Source: Nitrososphaera viennensis EN76 (GTDB lineage Archaea; Thermoproteota; Nitrososphaeria; Nitrososphaerales; Nitrososphaeraceae). Taken from it: a DNA stretch of 32,000 nt. A program made the position numbers and the translations under genes. Under the pieces are notes generated by a model. The model was not told the DNA's origin, searched no databases, and saw only the letters and a list, made by a program, of their open reading frames with translations. Location: positions 180,001 through 212,000 of the forward strand of contig NZ_CP007536.1 of the NCBI RefSeq assembly GCF_000698785.1, written 5' to 3'. Every line of letters starts with the position of its first letter. The first letter of the stretch is position 1. Shown piece after piece: positions 1-7,517 of this stretch.

Positions 1-344
1 CAGTTTTTGTTTTTCTTCGTATGCCGCCAAGCGCCAACCTCAAGTATCGGGTGTCGGCACTATCATTCAATTGTATTATGCAGTTCTAATATAAAAAACT
101 GCCTTGAATTGCATTTATCTTGTCTTTTTTGTAGTAAACTATATTTTAGATACAGTTTATTCAAATTTGATGAATTATGTATCTTTTCATGCTCTAGGTT
201 TGACATCAATCTGCTAATGTCGATTGCGCGCAGCGCACGGTTTTGATTGTGTTGGATATTGCTAAATGCCCTGCAGCAGCGACTGGCGTGCTGTAACAAA
301 AAGCGTCCTGCATAAGCTCTGTATCAGAACCTTAACAAAGCCCT

Positions 345-749
345 TTGGGGGCACCGGTGCATGTGCAGTACGACGAACTGTGCAGCCGCATACTCGGGCT
401 TGAAGGCTCGATACGCTTTGTGGCACTTGCAGATCACCTGGGCCTGCTGATAGCGACCGTGTACCGGGAGGGCCTCGTACCGCTTGCGACCAAGGAGGAA
501 ACGGCCAAGTACGCGGGCCAGCTTGTGCTACTCACCGGCGCCGTCTCAGGCGGCAAGTTCATGTCAAAGGTGGGCAAGATGCAGTACGTGGTGGGCAAAT
601 TCGAGAACCTCGTGAGGGCCACCATCCCGATAGTGTCAGACAGCTATGACAAGTACTATCTTTTGATGTCGCTTGACGTCGACTCGGACTATGTCCGCGC
701 CATCGACAAGGTGCTTGCCTTTTTGCGCGAGAACCACTCGGCGTTCTAG
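345..749 (+). CDS. conserved hypothetical protein (small alpha/beta protein; fold unknown)
   Basis: 134-codon ORF with GC3-rich, balanced coding composition. There is no ATG at the ORF start (TTG 345, in-frame GTG 357/363), so the start is uncertain. Its stop shares CTAG with the convergent gene at 746. Confidence 0.5.
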   Translation: MGAPVHVQYDELCSRILGLEGSIRFVALADHLGLLIATVYREGLVPLATKEETAKYAGQLVLLTGAVSGGKFMSKVGKMQYVVGKFENLVRATIPIVSDSYDKYYLLMSLDVDSDYVRAIDKVLAFLRENHSAF

Positions 750-1093
750 CTCTGGCCCTTCTTTTCCGGGTTTGGCATGGAGCTTACTATTGTCTGGAGC
801 TCTGTAACGATGCTCTCGACTGACTTTATCTCTGTCAGCGGCCGGACTGCCCTCTGCACCAGAGGCATCGACGGTAACAGGAACAGCACCTGCTGCAGCT
901 CCTCGTTTGACGCCACGTCAAGGACGATCATCCCGCCAGGCGAGTCTGCGAACGCGTACGCAAACTTGATCTTGCCCTGGTCCTTCAGCTCCTGGTACGT
1001 GGCAAAGGTCTGCTGGAGCATCTTCATCTGCGCAATTGCGACTTCGGGTCCGACGAATTCAAGCTTCACTGTGTCGATGACAAGAAACAGCAT
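746..1093 (-). CDS. muconolactone delta-isomerase-like small protein
   Basis: I trimmed the ORF to the internal ATG at 1093. The product begins MLFLVIDTVKL and contains DVASNEELQQVLFLLPSMPLVQRAVRPL, matching the MLFLV...DVESNDELHDLLSSLPLFPYM...TPL pattern of the muconolactone isomerase domain family. Confidence 0.6.
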   Translation of the reverse strand: MLFLVIDTVKLEFVGPEVAIAQMKMLQQTFATYQELKDQGKIKFAYAFADSPGGMIVLDVASNEELQQVLFLLPSMPLVQRAVRPLTEIKSVESIVTELQTIVSSMPNPEKKGQS

Positions 1094-1186
1094 ACTGCCC
1101 AATAATTGCCGCCGGCGCCAATAAGCCTGTCGGTGATCATTATGTGCCAATAATGTTGATATGCTGGCTCTCATTCAAAAAATGCC

Positions 1187-1747
1187 ATGTCGTCTACAGA
1201 ATCGCTGCGCAACGATCATTTCCTCATCGAAAAAATGATGAGGGCGCTCAACGTAACCGCGGACCTGCTGCAGGCCGGCAAGTCCATCCCCGCGCCATTC
1301 CTTGAGCAGGCGCTGGACTTTACAAAGAACTTTACCAATGTCTGCCATCACGGCAAGGAGGAAGACACGCTGTTCCCGACGCTGGAAAAAGGCGGCATGC
1401 CAAGGGAGGGCGGGCCGATAGCAAGGATGCTCTTTGAGCACGAGATTACAAAGCAGCTTGCAGAAAAGATGGACGCGTCTGCCAGGGCGTACGTCCAGAC
1501 TGGCAGTGCAGACCAGCTCGTGGCGGACATTCGCAGTTATACCGGCCACGTCTCGCAGCATTTGACAAAGGAGAATTTCCGCCTGTTTGCGATGGCCGAC
1601 ATGATGCTGCAGGGAAAAGCCGCTCAGGTAGGCCAGGAGCTGGCCAAGACGGAAGAAGCAAAACTGCATTCGCTTGGCAGGACCCGGGGACACTATGAGC
1701 AGCTGGTCGACAGCTACGACGCAGAGATAAGGAAGAAGCAGGCGTAG
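1187..1747 (+). CDS. hemerythrin-like (HHE cation-binding) domain protein
   Basis: ATG start. Contains NDHFLIEKM, CHHGKEEDTLFP and MLFEHE, the His/Glu ligand motifs typical of hemerythrin-like domains. Confidence 0.75.
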   Translation: MSSTESLRNDHFLIEKMMRALNVTADLLQAGKSIPAPFLEQALDFTKNFTNVCHHGKEEDTLFPTLEKGGMPREGGPIARMLFEHEITKQLAEKMDASARAYVQTGSADQLVADIRSYTGHVSQHLTKENFRLFAMADMMLQGKAAQVGQELAKTEEAKLHSLGRTRGHYEQLVDSYDAEIRKKQA

Positions 1748-1757
1748 GCAGGCGGAA

Positions 1758-2171
1758 ATGGCCCGCGAGCAGGACAACAACGACATTGAAAGGATGCTCC
1801 GGGAGCTGCACTCATCATACCTGAAGGGAAACGAGTACGACGAGGGCGACCCTATTTTCTACCGGATAAACTACCGGCTTGCAGACGCCTTTGCCCTCAC
1901 CAAAGAGGAGGCCGAGCGCCACCACGCAGAATACCACCGGAAAAACCCGCGGCGCGTGTCGGAGGGATTCTGCGACGCTTGCAATAGAATAGTCGGGATC
2001 ATTCCGATAATCTACGGGGTGCAGGAAGGCGACATGGAGCGCATGAAGGCCGCAGAAGAGCAGGGGCGGCTGATAATCGGCGACCTGTCGCAGGTCCGGG
2101 AGGGCGCCAAGGTGGCGATGTTTGGCTGCAAGTCATGCAAGACCCCTCTTGCAAAATACGGGAGCATCTAA
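1758..2171 (+). CDS. hypothetical protein with CxxC...CxxC zinc-ribbon
   Basis: 137-codon ORF lying 10 nt after the hemerythrin gene, so probably co-transcribed. CDAC and CKSC pairs suggest a 4-Cys zinc site. Confidence 0.55.
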   Translation: MAREQDNNDIERMLRELHSSYLKGNEYDEGDPIFYRINYRLADAFALTKEEAERHHAEYHRKNPRRVSEGFCDACNRIVGIIPIIYGVQEGDMERMKAAEEQGRLIIGDLSQVREGAKVAMFGCKSCKTPLAKYGSI

Positions 2172-2210
2172 CAGAAAAGTTGTTATCACGCGCCTGCGTG
2201 GAAATATTTC

Positions 2211-2678
2211 GTGGCACACAGCCTGGCAAGCACCGGCGCGGCGTTTGCGATACTCTTTGCCGTGGTGGGGGTTTCCTTTGCGTACGTTAGTACAAACCCT
2301 GTGACCGTCCAACCTCCGCAGACTGAGCGAGGGCCATGGACGGGCATATCCGGAGTCAACCTGACGCCTGCGATAGCAAGCGCCATGGGGACCAGCGAGC
2401 AGTCGGGCTTTCTCGTCGTGGGAGTCGTGCCCGGCAGCCCTGCAGAAAAGGCGGGCATAAGGGGCGGCGATAGGGCAGTCACGGTGGACGGCCGGGAAAT
2501 ACGTGTAGGTGGCGACATCATAATAGAAGTCGACGGCCGGCCGGTGACAGGCTTTGCAGAGATCCAGCAGGACTTTCAGCAAAGGCAGGTGGGCGAAACG
2601 ATGCGCTTTACCGTGGTCAGGGCAAACACGACCATGGAGATTCCCGTGCTTCTTGAAGAAAACCCTAATCCCCAATGA
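2211..2678 (+). CDS. membrane-anchored PDZ domain protein
   Basis: GTG start and an N-terminal hydrophobic helix (AAFAILFAVVGVSFAYV). PDZ signature GFLVVGVVPGSPAEKAGIRGGD...IIEVDGRPV. Confidence 0.7.
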   Translation: MAHSLASTGAAFAILFAVVGVSFAYVSTNPVTVQPPQTERGPWTGISGVNLTPAIASAMGTSEQSGFLVVGVVPGSPAEKAGIRGGDRAVTVDGREIRVGGDIIIEVDGRPVTGFAEIQQDFQQRQVGETMRFTVVRANTTMEIPVLLEENPNPQ

Positions 2679-2804
2679 CCTTCTCGCATTGCGCCTTTTT
2701 TGCCGCGACGACGATACCTGCACAGGCACTTTTGCGGCAGGCAAGCTTTTGTGTTGTTGTAGTAGTAGCCCAACCTTAATAGCGACTTTTGTCAAACCAC
2801 TTCC

Positions 2805-4037
2805 GTGAAATACGCCAAGGTATCAGGCGAGCTTCCCGGACCAATAGCATCTGATGTTATTGCCGTCCTGAAAAAGAACTGCTACGACTCGACATTTACG
2901 TACCCGCTTGTCATCGCAAGCGGCAGCGGCTGCGTGGTAAAGGACATCGACGGCAACTCGTTTCTTGACTTTACGTCAAACATTGGCGCATGCCCGCTCG
3001 GCTACTCGCACCCTGACGTCATCGGCGTACTCGCAGAGATGAGCCGGAACGGCGCGCACAAGATTGCCGGCCAGGACTTTTACTGCAAGGAGCACGCCGA
3101 CCTTGCAGAGCAGTTTGTCTCTGTGCTCCCCGACGGCTTCAAGGCGTTTTTCATAAACTCTGGCGCAGAGGCAGTCGAGAACGCTATCAAGATTGCTTAT
3201 CGAAAGAGGTTTGCAGAGGGCCTGCCGGTCCTCCCCGGCGTCTCGTGCACAGGCGGCTTCCACGGGAGGACGCTTGGCGCACTGTCGTTTACGTATAGCA
3301 AACCGGTGCAAAAGGCTGGCTTTCCCGAGCTTGCCGTGATGAGAATAAAGTTCTGCACCACTGACGGCGACGAAGAGATCGACGCTGTTGAAAAGGTGCT
3401 CGCAGAAAACAAGGCGGCGTTTGTGCTGACCGAAATAGTGCAGGGAGAAGGCGGCTACAATATCGCAAGCCGGCGGTTTGTGCAGAACCTGCGCAATGCG
3501 ACCAAAAAATATGGCGTGCCACTGATACTTGACGAAGTCCAGTCTGGGATGGGCCGGACCGGCAAGTGGTGGGCGTTTGAGCACTATGGCGTCCTGCCGG
3601 ACATCATGAGCGCGGCAAAGGCCCTGCAGGTGGGCGCCACGGCGTACAGGAGCGACTACGACCCCGGCCAGCCGGGCGTGCTTTCAAGCACGTGGGGTGG
3701 GGGGAGCAGGATAGACCTTGCGGTGGGCACAACCGTTATTGAAGTGATAAAGCGCGACAGGCTCCTTGCAAACGCGCTTGTGATGGGCGAGCGGCTGAAA
3801 AAGGGGCTTGCCGACCTTGTCGGCAAGAAGAATGGCATAATCGACGTGCGCGGCCTTGGCCTTATGATCGGAATAGAGTTTGACACAAAGGAGAGCCGCG
3901 ACTGGGCCCTGCAGCAGGCGTTCCGGCGCGGGCTCCTCTTGCTTCCTGCCGGCCAGAAGGCCATGCGCGCGATACCTCCGCTTGTGGTCACCGGCGAGGA
4001 GGTCGACGAGGGGCTTGAACTGATGGCAAGCCTCTAG
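2805..4037 (+). CDS. class-III pyridoxal-phosphate aminotransferase (4-aminobutyrate/acetylornithine aminotransferase family)
   Basis: 410 aa. Contains FINSGAEAVENAIK, GGFHGRT, LILDEVQSGMGRTGKWWAFEH and the PLP-lysine context DIMSAAKALQ. GTG start. Confidence 0.85.
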   Translation: MKYAKVSGELPGPIASDVIAVLKKNCYDSTFTYPLVIASGSGCVVKDIDGNSFLDFTSNIGACPLGYSHPDVIGVLAEMSRNGAHKIAGQDFYCKEHADLAEQFVSVLPDGFKAFFINSGAEAVENAIKIAYRKRFAEGLPVLPGVSCTGGFHGRTLGALSFTYSKPVQKAGFPELAVMRIKFCTTDGDEEIDAVEKVLAENKAAFVLTEIVQGEGGYNIASRRFVQNLRNATKKYGVPLILDEVQSGMGRTGKWWAFEHYGVLPDIMSAAKALQVGATAYRSDYDPGQPGVLSSTWGGGSRIDLAVGTTVIEVIKRDRLLANALVMGERLKKGLADLVGKKNGIIDVRGLGLMIGIEFDTKESRDWALQQAFRRGLLLLPAGQKAMRAIPPLVVTGEEVDEGLELMASL

Positions 4038-5263
4038 TACGCCGCATACTCGTCACCTAGAACGCCTGACGCTATCTTGAGCTCCAGCACCTCGTTTGCG
4101 CCCTCGTAGATAATAGTTGCGCGCGAGTCAAGAAAGTGGCGCGCAACGCGGGCGGTTTTCCTGTATCCTGCAGAGCCGAACACCTGCACCGACCTGTTGG
4201 CGCATTCAAACGAGCGGTTACTTGCATGGAATTTTGCAATGGCGGCAAGCCTGTCTGCCTCCCACCTGAGCGCCGCGTATTCTCTGTTCTGCCTGCCAAG
4301 CCTGCCGAGCCATTTTTCATTTTCTTTCAAGCCTTCGACGTATTCATGGAGCTTCTGCCTTGCAGCTGCCGCCCTGTAAACAAGCCAGCGCGAGCTTTCA
4401 ATATCGACTGCAATCCTTGCAATGTGCTCCTGTACAAGCTGCTTTTTAGCAAGCGGCCCTCCGTGCTGGTGGCGCGACTTGGCGTACGCCACTGCTTCAG
4501 CAAGGCAGTCCTCCATGACTCCGACCGCGCCGGCGGCCACGCTGAGCCTGCCGTCGATTAGCGCGCTGTACGCGATGCTCAGGCCCCGGCCCTTTCTGCC
4601 AAGCAGGTTCTTTTTCGGGACTGTGCACCTGTCAAAATAGATCTCGGCGTTTTTGACCGTGAAAAGGCCCATCTTGTTTTTCATCTCTTCCACCCTGAGT
4701 CCCTTTGCATCGCCGTCGACGATAAAGGCCGACACCCTGCCCGTGGAAGGGTCCTTGGCGTACGTCGTCATGACGCCGGCAAACGTGCCGTTTCCAATCC
4801 AATGCTTTTTGCCTTTCAACAAAAACCCTTCCGGCGTTTCCTCAAACGTCGTCGTCATTGCCGCCGGGTCGCTTCCGGCCGCCGGCTCTGTGAGTGCAAA
4901 CGCCATAACCTTTTTGCCGGTGGCAGTGTCGGGCAGGTACTCTTTTTTCTGCTCTTCATTGCCCCACCCCTGCAGCACCAGCTGACCGATGGAAATGTGC
5001 GCGGAAAAGAACGTGCGAAGCGAGCTCCCCTCCTGCCCTATCCTTTCGATGGCAAGCGCGTAGGTGAGCATGTCAAGGCCAAGGCCGCCGTATCTTTTTG
5101 ATATCGGGCAGCCGAGCATCCCTATCCTGCCAAACACCGGGACGACCTTGTCGTTGAGCCTCTCTGCAAGGTACGCCTCGTCCTCGTACGGCCTTATCTC
5201 CCTGCATGCCGCGTCGATCCCGCCCAAAAACTCTTGCTGCTTTTTCGAAACTTTGAAATTCAT
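4034..5263 (-). CDS. acyl-CoA dehydrogenase
   Basis: Contains FALTEPAAGSDPAAM, WIGNG and IYEGANEV motifs. I trimmed to the ATG at 5263 (MNFKVSKKQQEFL); a TATTATTATT box lies about 20 nt upstream. Confidence 0.85.
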   Translation of the reverse strand: MNFKVSKKQQEFLGGIDAACREIRPYEDEAYLAERLNDKVVPVFGRIGMLGCPISKRYGGLGLDMLTYALAIERIGQEGSSLRTFFSAHISIGQLVLQGWGNEEQKKEYLPDTATGKKVMAFALTEPAAGSDPAAMTTTFEETPEGFLLKGKKHWIGNGTFAGVMTTYAKDPSTGRVSAFIVDGDAKGLRVEEMKNKMGLFTVKNAEIYFDRCTVPKKNLLGRKGRGLSIAYSALIDGRLSVAAGAVGVMEDCLAEAVAYAKSRHQHGGPLAKKQLVQEHIARIAVDIESSRWLVYRAAAARQKLHEYVEGLKENEKWLGRLGRQNREYAALRWEADRLAAIAKFHASNRSFECANRSVQVFGSAGYRKTARVARHFLDSRATIIYEGANEVLELKIASGVLGDEYAAY

Positions 5264-5352
5264 CTCGGAAATGTCAGAATAATAATAGTCAGGCACGCCG
5301 GACTGAAATTCGCGGCGTAGGTATAAAAGCAAGGCTGCGCGAATTTTAGCGA

Positions 5353-5799
5353 ATGAAGTTTGGTGAGTTTGCCGTCGGCCAGGAATTTTCCGCGTCCACG
5401 ACGATAAGCGAGGCCGACTTTAACGCGTACATCTCTTTTGCACGCACGAGAAACGTCCTGCACGAAAACCGCGAGCTTGCGGAAAAGGAGGGCATCAAGG
5501 GCACGCTCGTACCGGGCAGGGCGGTCATCGCAAGGGCTGAGGGCGAGATGACGCGCCTACCTGCATTTTCTGACTGCATGATGCTCCTGTACGGGATGGA
5601 CGGCGACCCAGAGTGGGCAGGGCGCCAGACGCGTTTTCTGGGAGAGGTGTACGCAGGCGACACGCTTGACGTCAGGTACAGGATTGCATCAAAAAAAGAG
5701 GAGAAGGGATATGGGATATTGCGGGTCGACTATGAGATAAGCCGCTCCGGGAAAACCGTTGTCGTGTCGCGGGGCAACCTGTACCGGATAAAGATCTGA
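5353..5799 (+). CDS. MaoC-like (R)-specific enoyl-CoA hydratase / hotdog-fold dehydratase
   Basis: 148 aa with hotdog-fold length and pattern. TATAAAA (5321) lies about 30 nt upstream of the ATG. Divergent from the acyl-CoA dehydrogenase gene. Confidence 0.65.
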   Translation: MKFGEFAVGQEFSASTTISEADFNAYISFARTRNVLHENRELAEKEGIKGTLVPGRAVIARAEGEMTRLPAFSDCMMLLYGMDGDPEWAGRQTRFLGEVYAGDTLDVRYRIASKKEEKGYGILRVDYEISRSGKTVVVSRGNLYRIKI

Positions 5800-5832
5800 T
5801 TTGCAAGCGCAATCACGCCCCCCCAGCACGCG

Positions 5833-6126
5833 CTACTTCTTTTGTGCGCTTGCGGCCGCGGCATGCGAAACGCTGCATTCCGCCGCTCTTGTTCTGGCGC
5901 ATGCTAGGCTGTCATGCATCGTTTGGACTGTCTTGGGTGATGCCTCCTCTTTAGATTTGACATCAAAAGGGGAATAAGCGGCCTGTCCTGTAAGAATTTT
6001 ACCGTGCATATGCTGTGTAAAAGAAATACCTCTGACATAAGCTGGTGGACGATACGGGATCAAATTAGCATGGGAAAGATAGGATTGTTGGAAATACTGC
6101 ACGTGTGCGAAATTTCGACGATTCAT
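5833..6126 (-). CDS. hypothetical protein (weak call)
   Basis: This is the only ORF of 60 codons or more in the gap. It has no recognisable motifs and no signal peptide. Its ATG sits immediately after the hairpin/T7 terminator of the upstream gene, leaving no room for a promoter. Confidence 0.25.
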   Translation of the reverse strand: MNRRNFAHVQYFQQSYLSHANLIPYRPPAYVRGISFTQHMHGKILTGQAAYSPFDVKSKEEASPKTVQTMHDSLACARTRAAECSVSHAAAASAQKK

Positions 6127-6131
6127 CTTGC

Positions 6132-6167
6132 AAAAAAATAACAGGTGATAGCTCGAGAGTTATCACC
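6132..6167 (-). terminator. hairpin plus T7 tract downstream of GGX-repeat gene 1
   Basis: Inverted repeat GGTGATAGCTC/GAGTTATCACC (6144-6167, one mismatch on the minus-strand RNA), followed on the minus strand by TGTTATTTTTTTG (forward A-run 6132-6138). It lies 29 nt after the stop at 6196. Confidence 0.55.
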
Positions 6168-6195
6168 CTTTTTGATATTCTATGTTCCAGTGCTT

Positions 6196-6546
6196 TCAGT
6201 GTCCACAGTGTCCACCGTGTCCGCCATGTCCCCTGTGTCCACCGTGTCCGCCATGTCCATCTTTTCCACCTTTGCCGCCTTCTCCACCTTTGCCGCCTTC
6301 TCCACCTTGTCCACCGTCTTCACAATCTCCTCCATCGCCACCATCTCCTCCATCGCCACCATCTCCTCCGCGTCCACCATCGCCACCATCTCCTCCATCG
6401 CCACCATCTCCTCCGCGTCCACCATCTCCACTGGATCGTGCATAAGCATCTGGCAGCACGATTGCATAGGATCCAATCGCAAGGCCAACGGCTAGTACAG
6501 CCAGTAAAGACACAAGGTTGCTTCCTCTTGGATATGACATCATCAT
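6196..6546 (-). CDS. secreted Gly-Gly-X repeat protein 1 (GGD/GGR/GGE/GGK/GGH triplets, His-rich C-terminus)
   Basis: Triple ATG at 6538-6546. Signal-peptide-like N-terminus MMMSYPRGSNLVSLLAVLAVGLAIGSYAIVLPDAYA. The rest is SSGDGG(RGGDGGDGGDGGDGG)x2 DCEDGGQGGEGGKGGEGGKGGKDGHGGHGGHRGHGGHGGHCGH. TATA-like GATTATAAT lies 17 nt upstream and a terminator lies downstream. Confidence 0.7.
   Translation of the reverse strand: MMMSYPRGSNLVSLLAVLAVGLAIGSYAIVLPDAYARSSGDGGRGGDGGDGGDGGDGGRGGDGGDGGDGGDGGDCEDGGQGGEGGKGGEGGKGGKDGHGGHGGHRGHGGHGGHCGH
6208..6300. repeat. coding tandem repeats (24-nt unit at 27-bp period, 6208-6258; 18 bp x2, 6265-6300)
   Basis: gtgtccaccgtgtccgccatgtcc occurs at 6208-6231 and 6235-6258. 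tccacctttgccgccttc occurs at 6265-6282 and 6283-6300. Confidence 0.9.
6334..6423. repeat. perfect 45-bp tandem duplication (each unit contains an 18-bp x2 sub-repeat)
   Basis: 6334-6378 and 6379-6423 are identical by direct reading (atcgccaccatctcctcc x2 + gcgtccacc). On the minus strand each unit encodes GGRGGDGGDGGDGGD. Confidence 0.9.
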
Positions 6547-6563
6547 AATATACAGCAGATGCT

Positions 6564-6572
6564 GATTATAAT
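6564..6572 (-). promoter_or_regulatory. TATA-like box of GGX gene 1
   Basis: Forward GATTATAAT, with 17 nt between it and the ATG at 6546. This is the same position as the boxes of genes 2 and 3. Confidence 0.45.
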
Positions 6573-6999
6573 GTCTTAGCAATAATAATTAACAATAATA
6601 ATAGATAAGACCATTATTTTGAAATCCTAACGTATAATTGTCATATTATTTGAGATTGTACTAGAAAATCCACAGGTTTCTGCCTAATATAATTTTTTCG
6701 AATAACTTCCTTCTGAATGAATAACCACTTGTCAGGGCGAAAAAGGGCTATTCCACTTCAGCCGTTTCAGACAGGCTTTTCCATCATCATTCATTCTACA
6801 GCATTTCGCACTCTGCCGAGATGTAAGAGTAGAAGGAATAATGAAGAGTACCTCTTACATAGACAGAACTCTTCTCCATTTTTCTTTTTGAGTATCTCGC
6901 TGTCCTGTATGAAACTCAAAAAATATTCAATTCTCAAGACATGGCCTGCCGCAAGCGCAAGTGGTAAATAAAATGGCGGAGCTAATTCTTGTTTTCCTC

Positions 7000-7353
7000 C
7001 TAGCAGTCTCCGCCAGCTCCACCTGCACCACCTTCGCCGCCAGCTCCACCGGCACCGCCGCCATTGCTACCCGGTTCTCCAGGTTCTCCAGGCTCTCCCG
7101 GCTCGCCAGGTTCTCCTGGTTCTCCACAAGCTCCTCCATCGCCGCCGTCACCTCCGGCTCCGCCAGCTCCACCGGCACCACCACCTGCTCCGCCAGCTCC
7201 TCCATCGCCGCCGTCACCTCCGGCTCCGCCAGCTCCACCGGCACCATTCGCTTTAGTGGCTCCTGTGTATGCAACACCTGTGTATGCAACAGCGAGTGCA
7301 ATAACCATTAGACCAAGCCACAGAATTTGTGTCTTCGAAAGATTTTTTGACAT
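7000..7353 (-). CDS. secreted Gly-Gly-X repeat protein 2 (GGA/GGD triplets plus collagen-like (GEP)6)
   Basis: ATG at 7353. N-terminus MSKNLSKTQILWLGLMVIALAVAYTGVAYTGATKA is signal-peptide-like. The mature part is NGAGGAGGAGGDGGDGGAGGAGGGAGGAGGAGGDGGDGGAC(GEP)6GSNGGGAGGAGGEGGAGGAGGDC. It has 2 Cys, and a conserved TATA-like 11-mer lies upstream. Confidence 0.7.
   Translation of the reverse strand: MSKNLSKTQILWLGLMVIALAVAYTGVAYTGATKANGAGGAGGAGGDGGDGGAGGAGGGAGGAGGAGGDGGDGGACGEPGEPGEPGEPGEPGEPGSNGGGAGGAGGEGGAGGAGGDC
7072..7125 (-). repeat. (Gly-Glu-Pro)x6 coding repeat with synonymous variation
   Basis: Six 9-nt units. Codons vary between units (GGA/GGC, GAA/GAG, CCT/CCA/CCG) while the peptide is invariant. 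Confidence 0.85.
7129..7246. repeat. 52-bp identical direct repeat at 66-bp period
   Basis: 7129-7180 equals 7195-7246 (agctcctccatcgccgccgtcacctccggctccgccagctccaccggcacca) by direct reading. Confidence 0.9.
7262..7291. repeat. 15-bp perfect tandem duplication inside the signal-peptide region of gene 2
   Basis: cctgtgtatgcaaca x2, giving the peptide duplication VAYTG-VAYTG. Confidence 0.9.
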
Positions 7354-7371
7354 GGTATGTATATTGTTACG

Positions 7372-7382
7372 GATTTATTTAA
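7372..7382 (-). promoter_or_regulatory. TATA-like box (minus-strand TTAAATAAATC) of GGX gene 2
   Basis: Forward GATTTATTTAA, with 18 nt between it and the ATG at 7353. The identical 11-mer recurs upstream of gene 3. It sits inside the inverted repeat GGATTTA-TT-TAAATCC (7371-7386). Confidence 0.55.
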
Positions 7383-7448
7383 ATCCTTCTAAAATTGCAC
7401 ATTTATTTGGAAAAAAGAAGACTTTTTTGTAATTCCTCTATTAAATAG

Positions 7449-7477
7449 AAAAAATCGGGTGGTAAGGGTTACCACCC
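7449..7477 (-). terminator. perfect 9-bp hairpin plus T6 tract downstream of GGX gene 3
   Basis: GGGTGGTAA-GGG-TTACCACCC (7457-7477), followed on the minus strand by GATTTTTTCTATTT. It lies 40 nt after the stop at 7518. Confidence 0.6.
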
Positions 7478-7517
7478 ATTTTCGGTATGTGTATCGTGTT
7501 GGTGTTACTACTTGTTA

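Noticed and set aside
7-299. ORFs 7-246 (+) and 63-299 (-) in the AT-rich leader at the window start, and a C/D-box sRNA candidate around TGATGA near 167
   Set aside because: The products are Cys/Phe/Leu-rich and not protein-like. No CUGA D or D' boxes occur at the required 12-nt spacing after the UGAUGA-like box. I left the region unannotated as AT-rich non-coding sequence.
1175-2795. Minus-strand ORFs 1175-1786, 1446-1811 and 2133-2795 (up to 220 codons)
   Set aside because: They are antisense shadows of the hemerythrin-like, CxxC and PDZ genes in GC-rich sequence. Their products are Arg/Pro/Cys-rich nonsense-like sequences.
6717-6971. 84-codon plus-strand ORF in the spacer between GGX genes 1 and 2
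   Set aside because: It is AT-rich with no start context and an implausible composition. It is more likely non-coding; the spacer is discussed as a finding instead.
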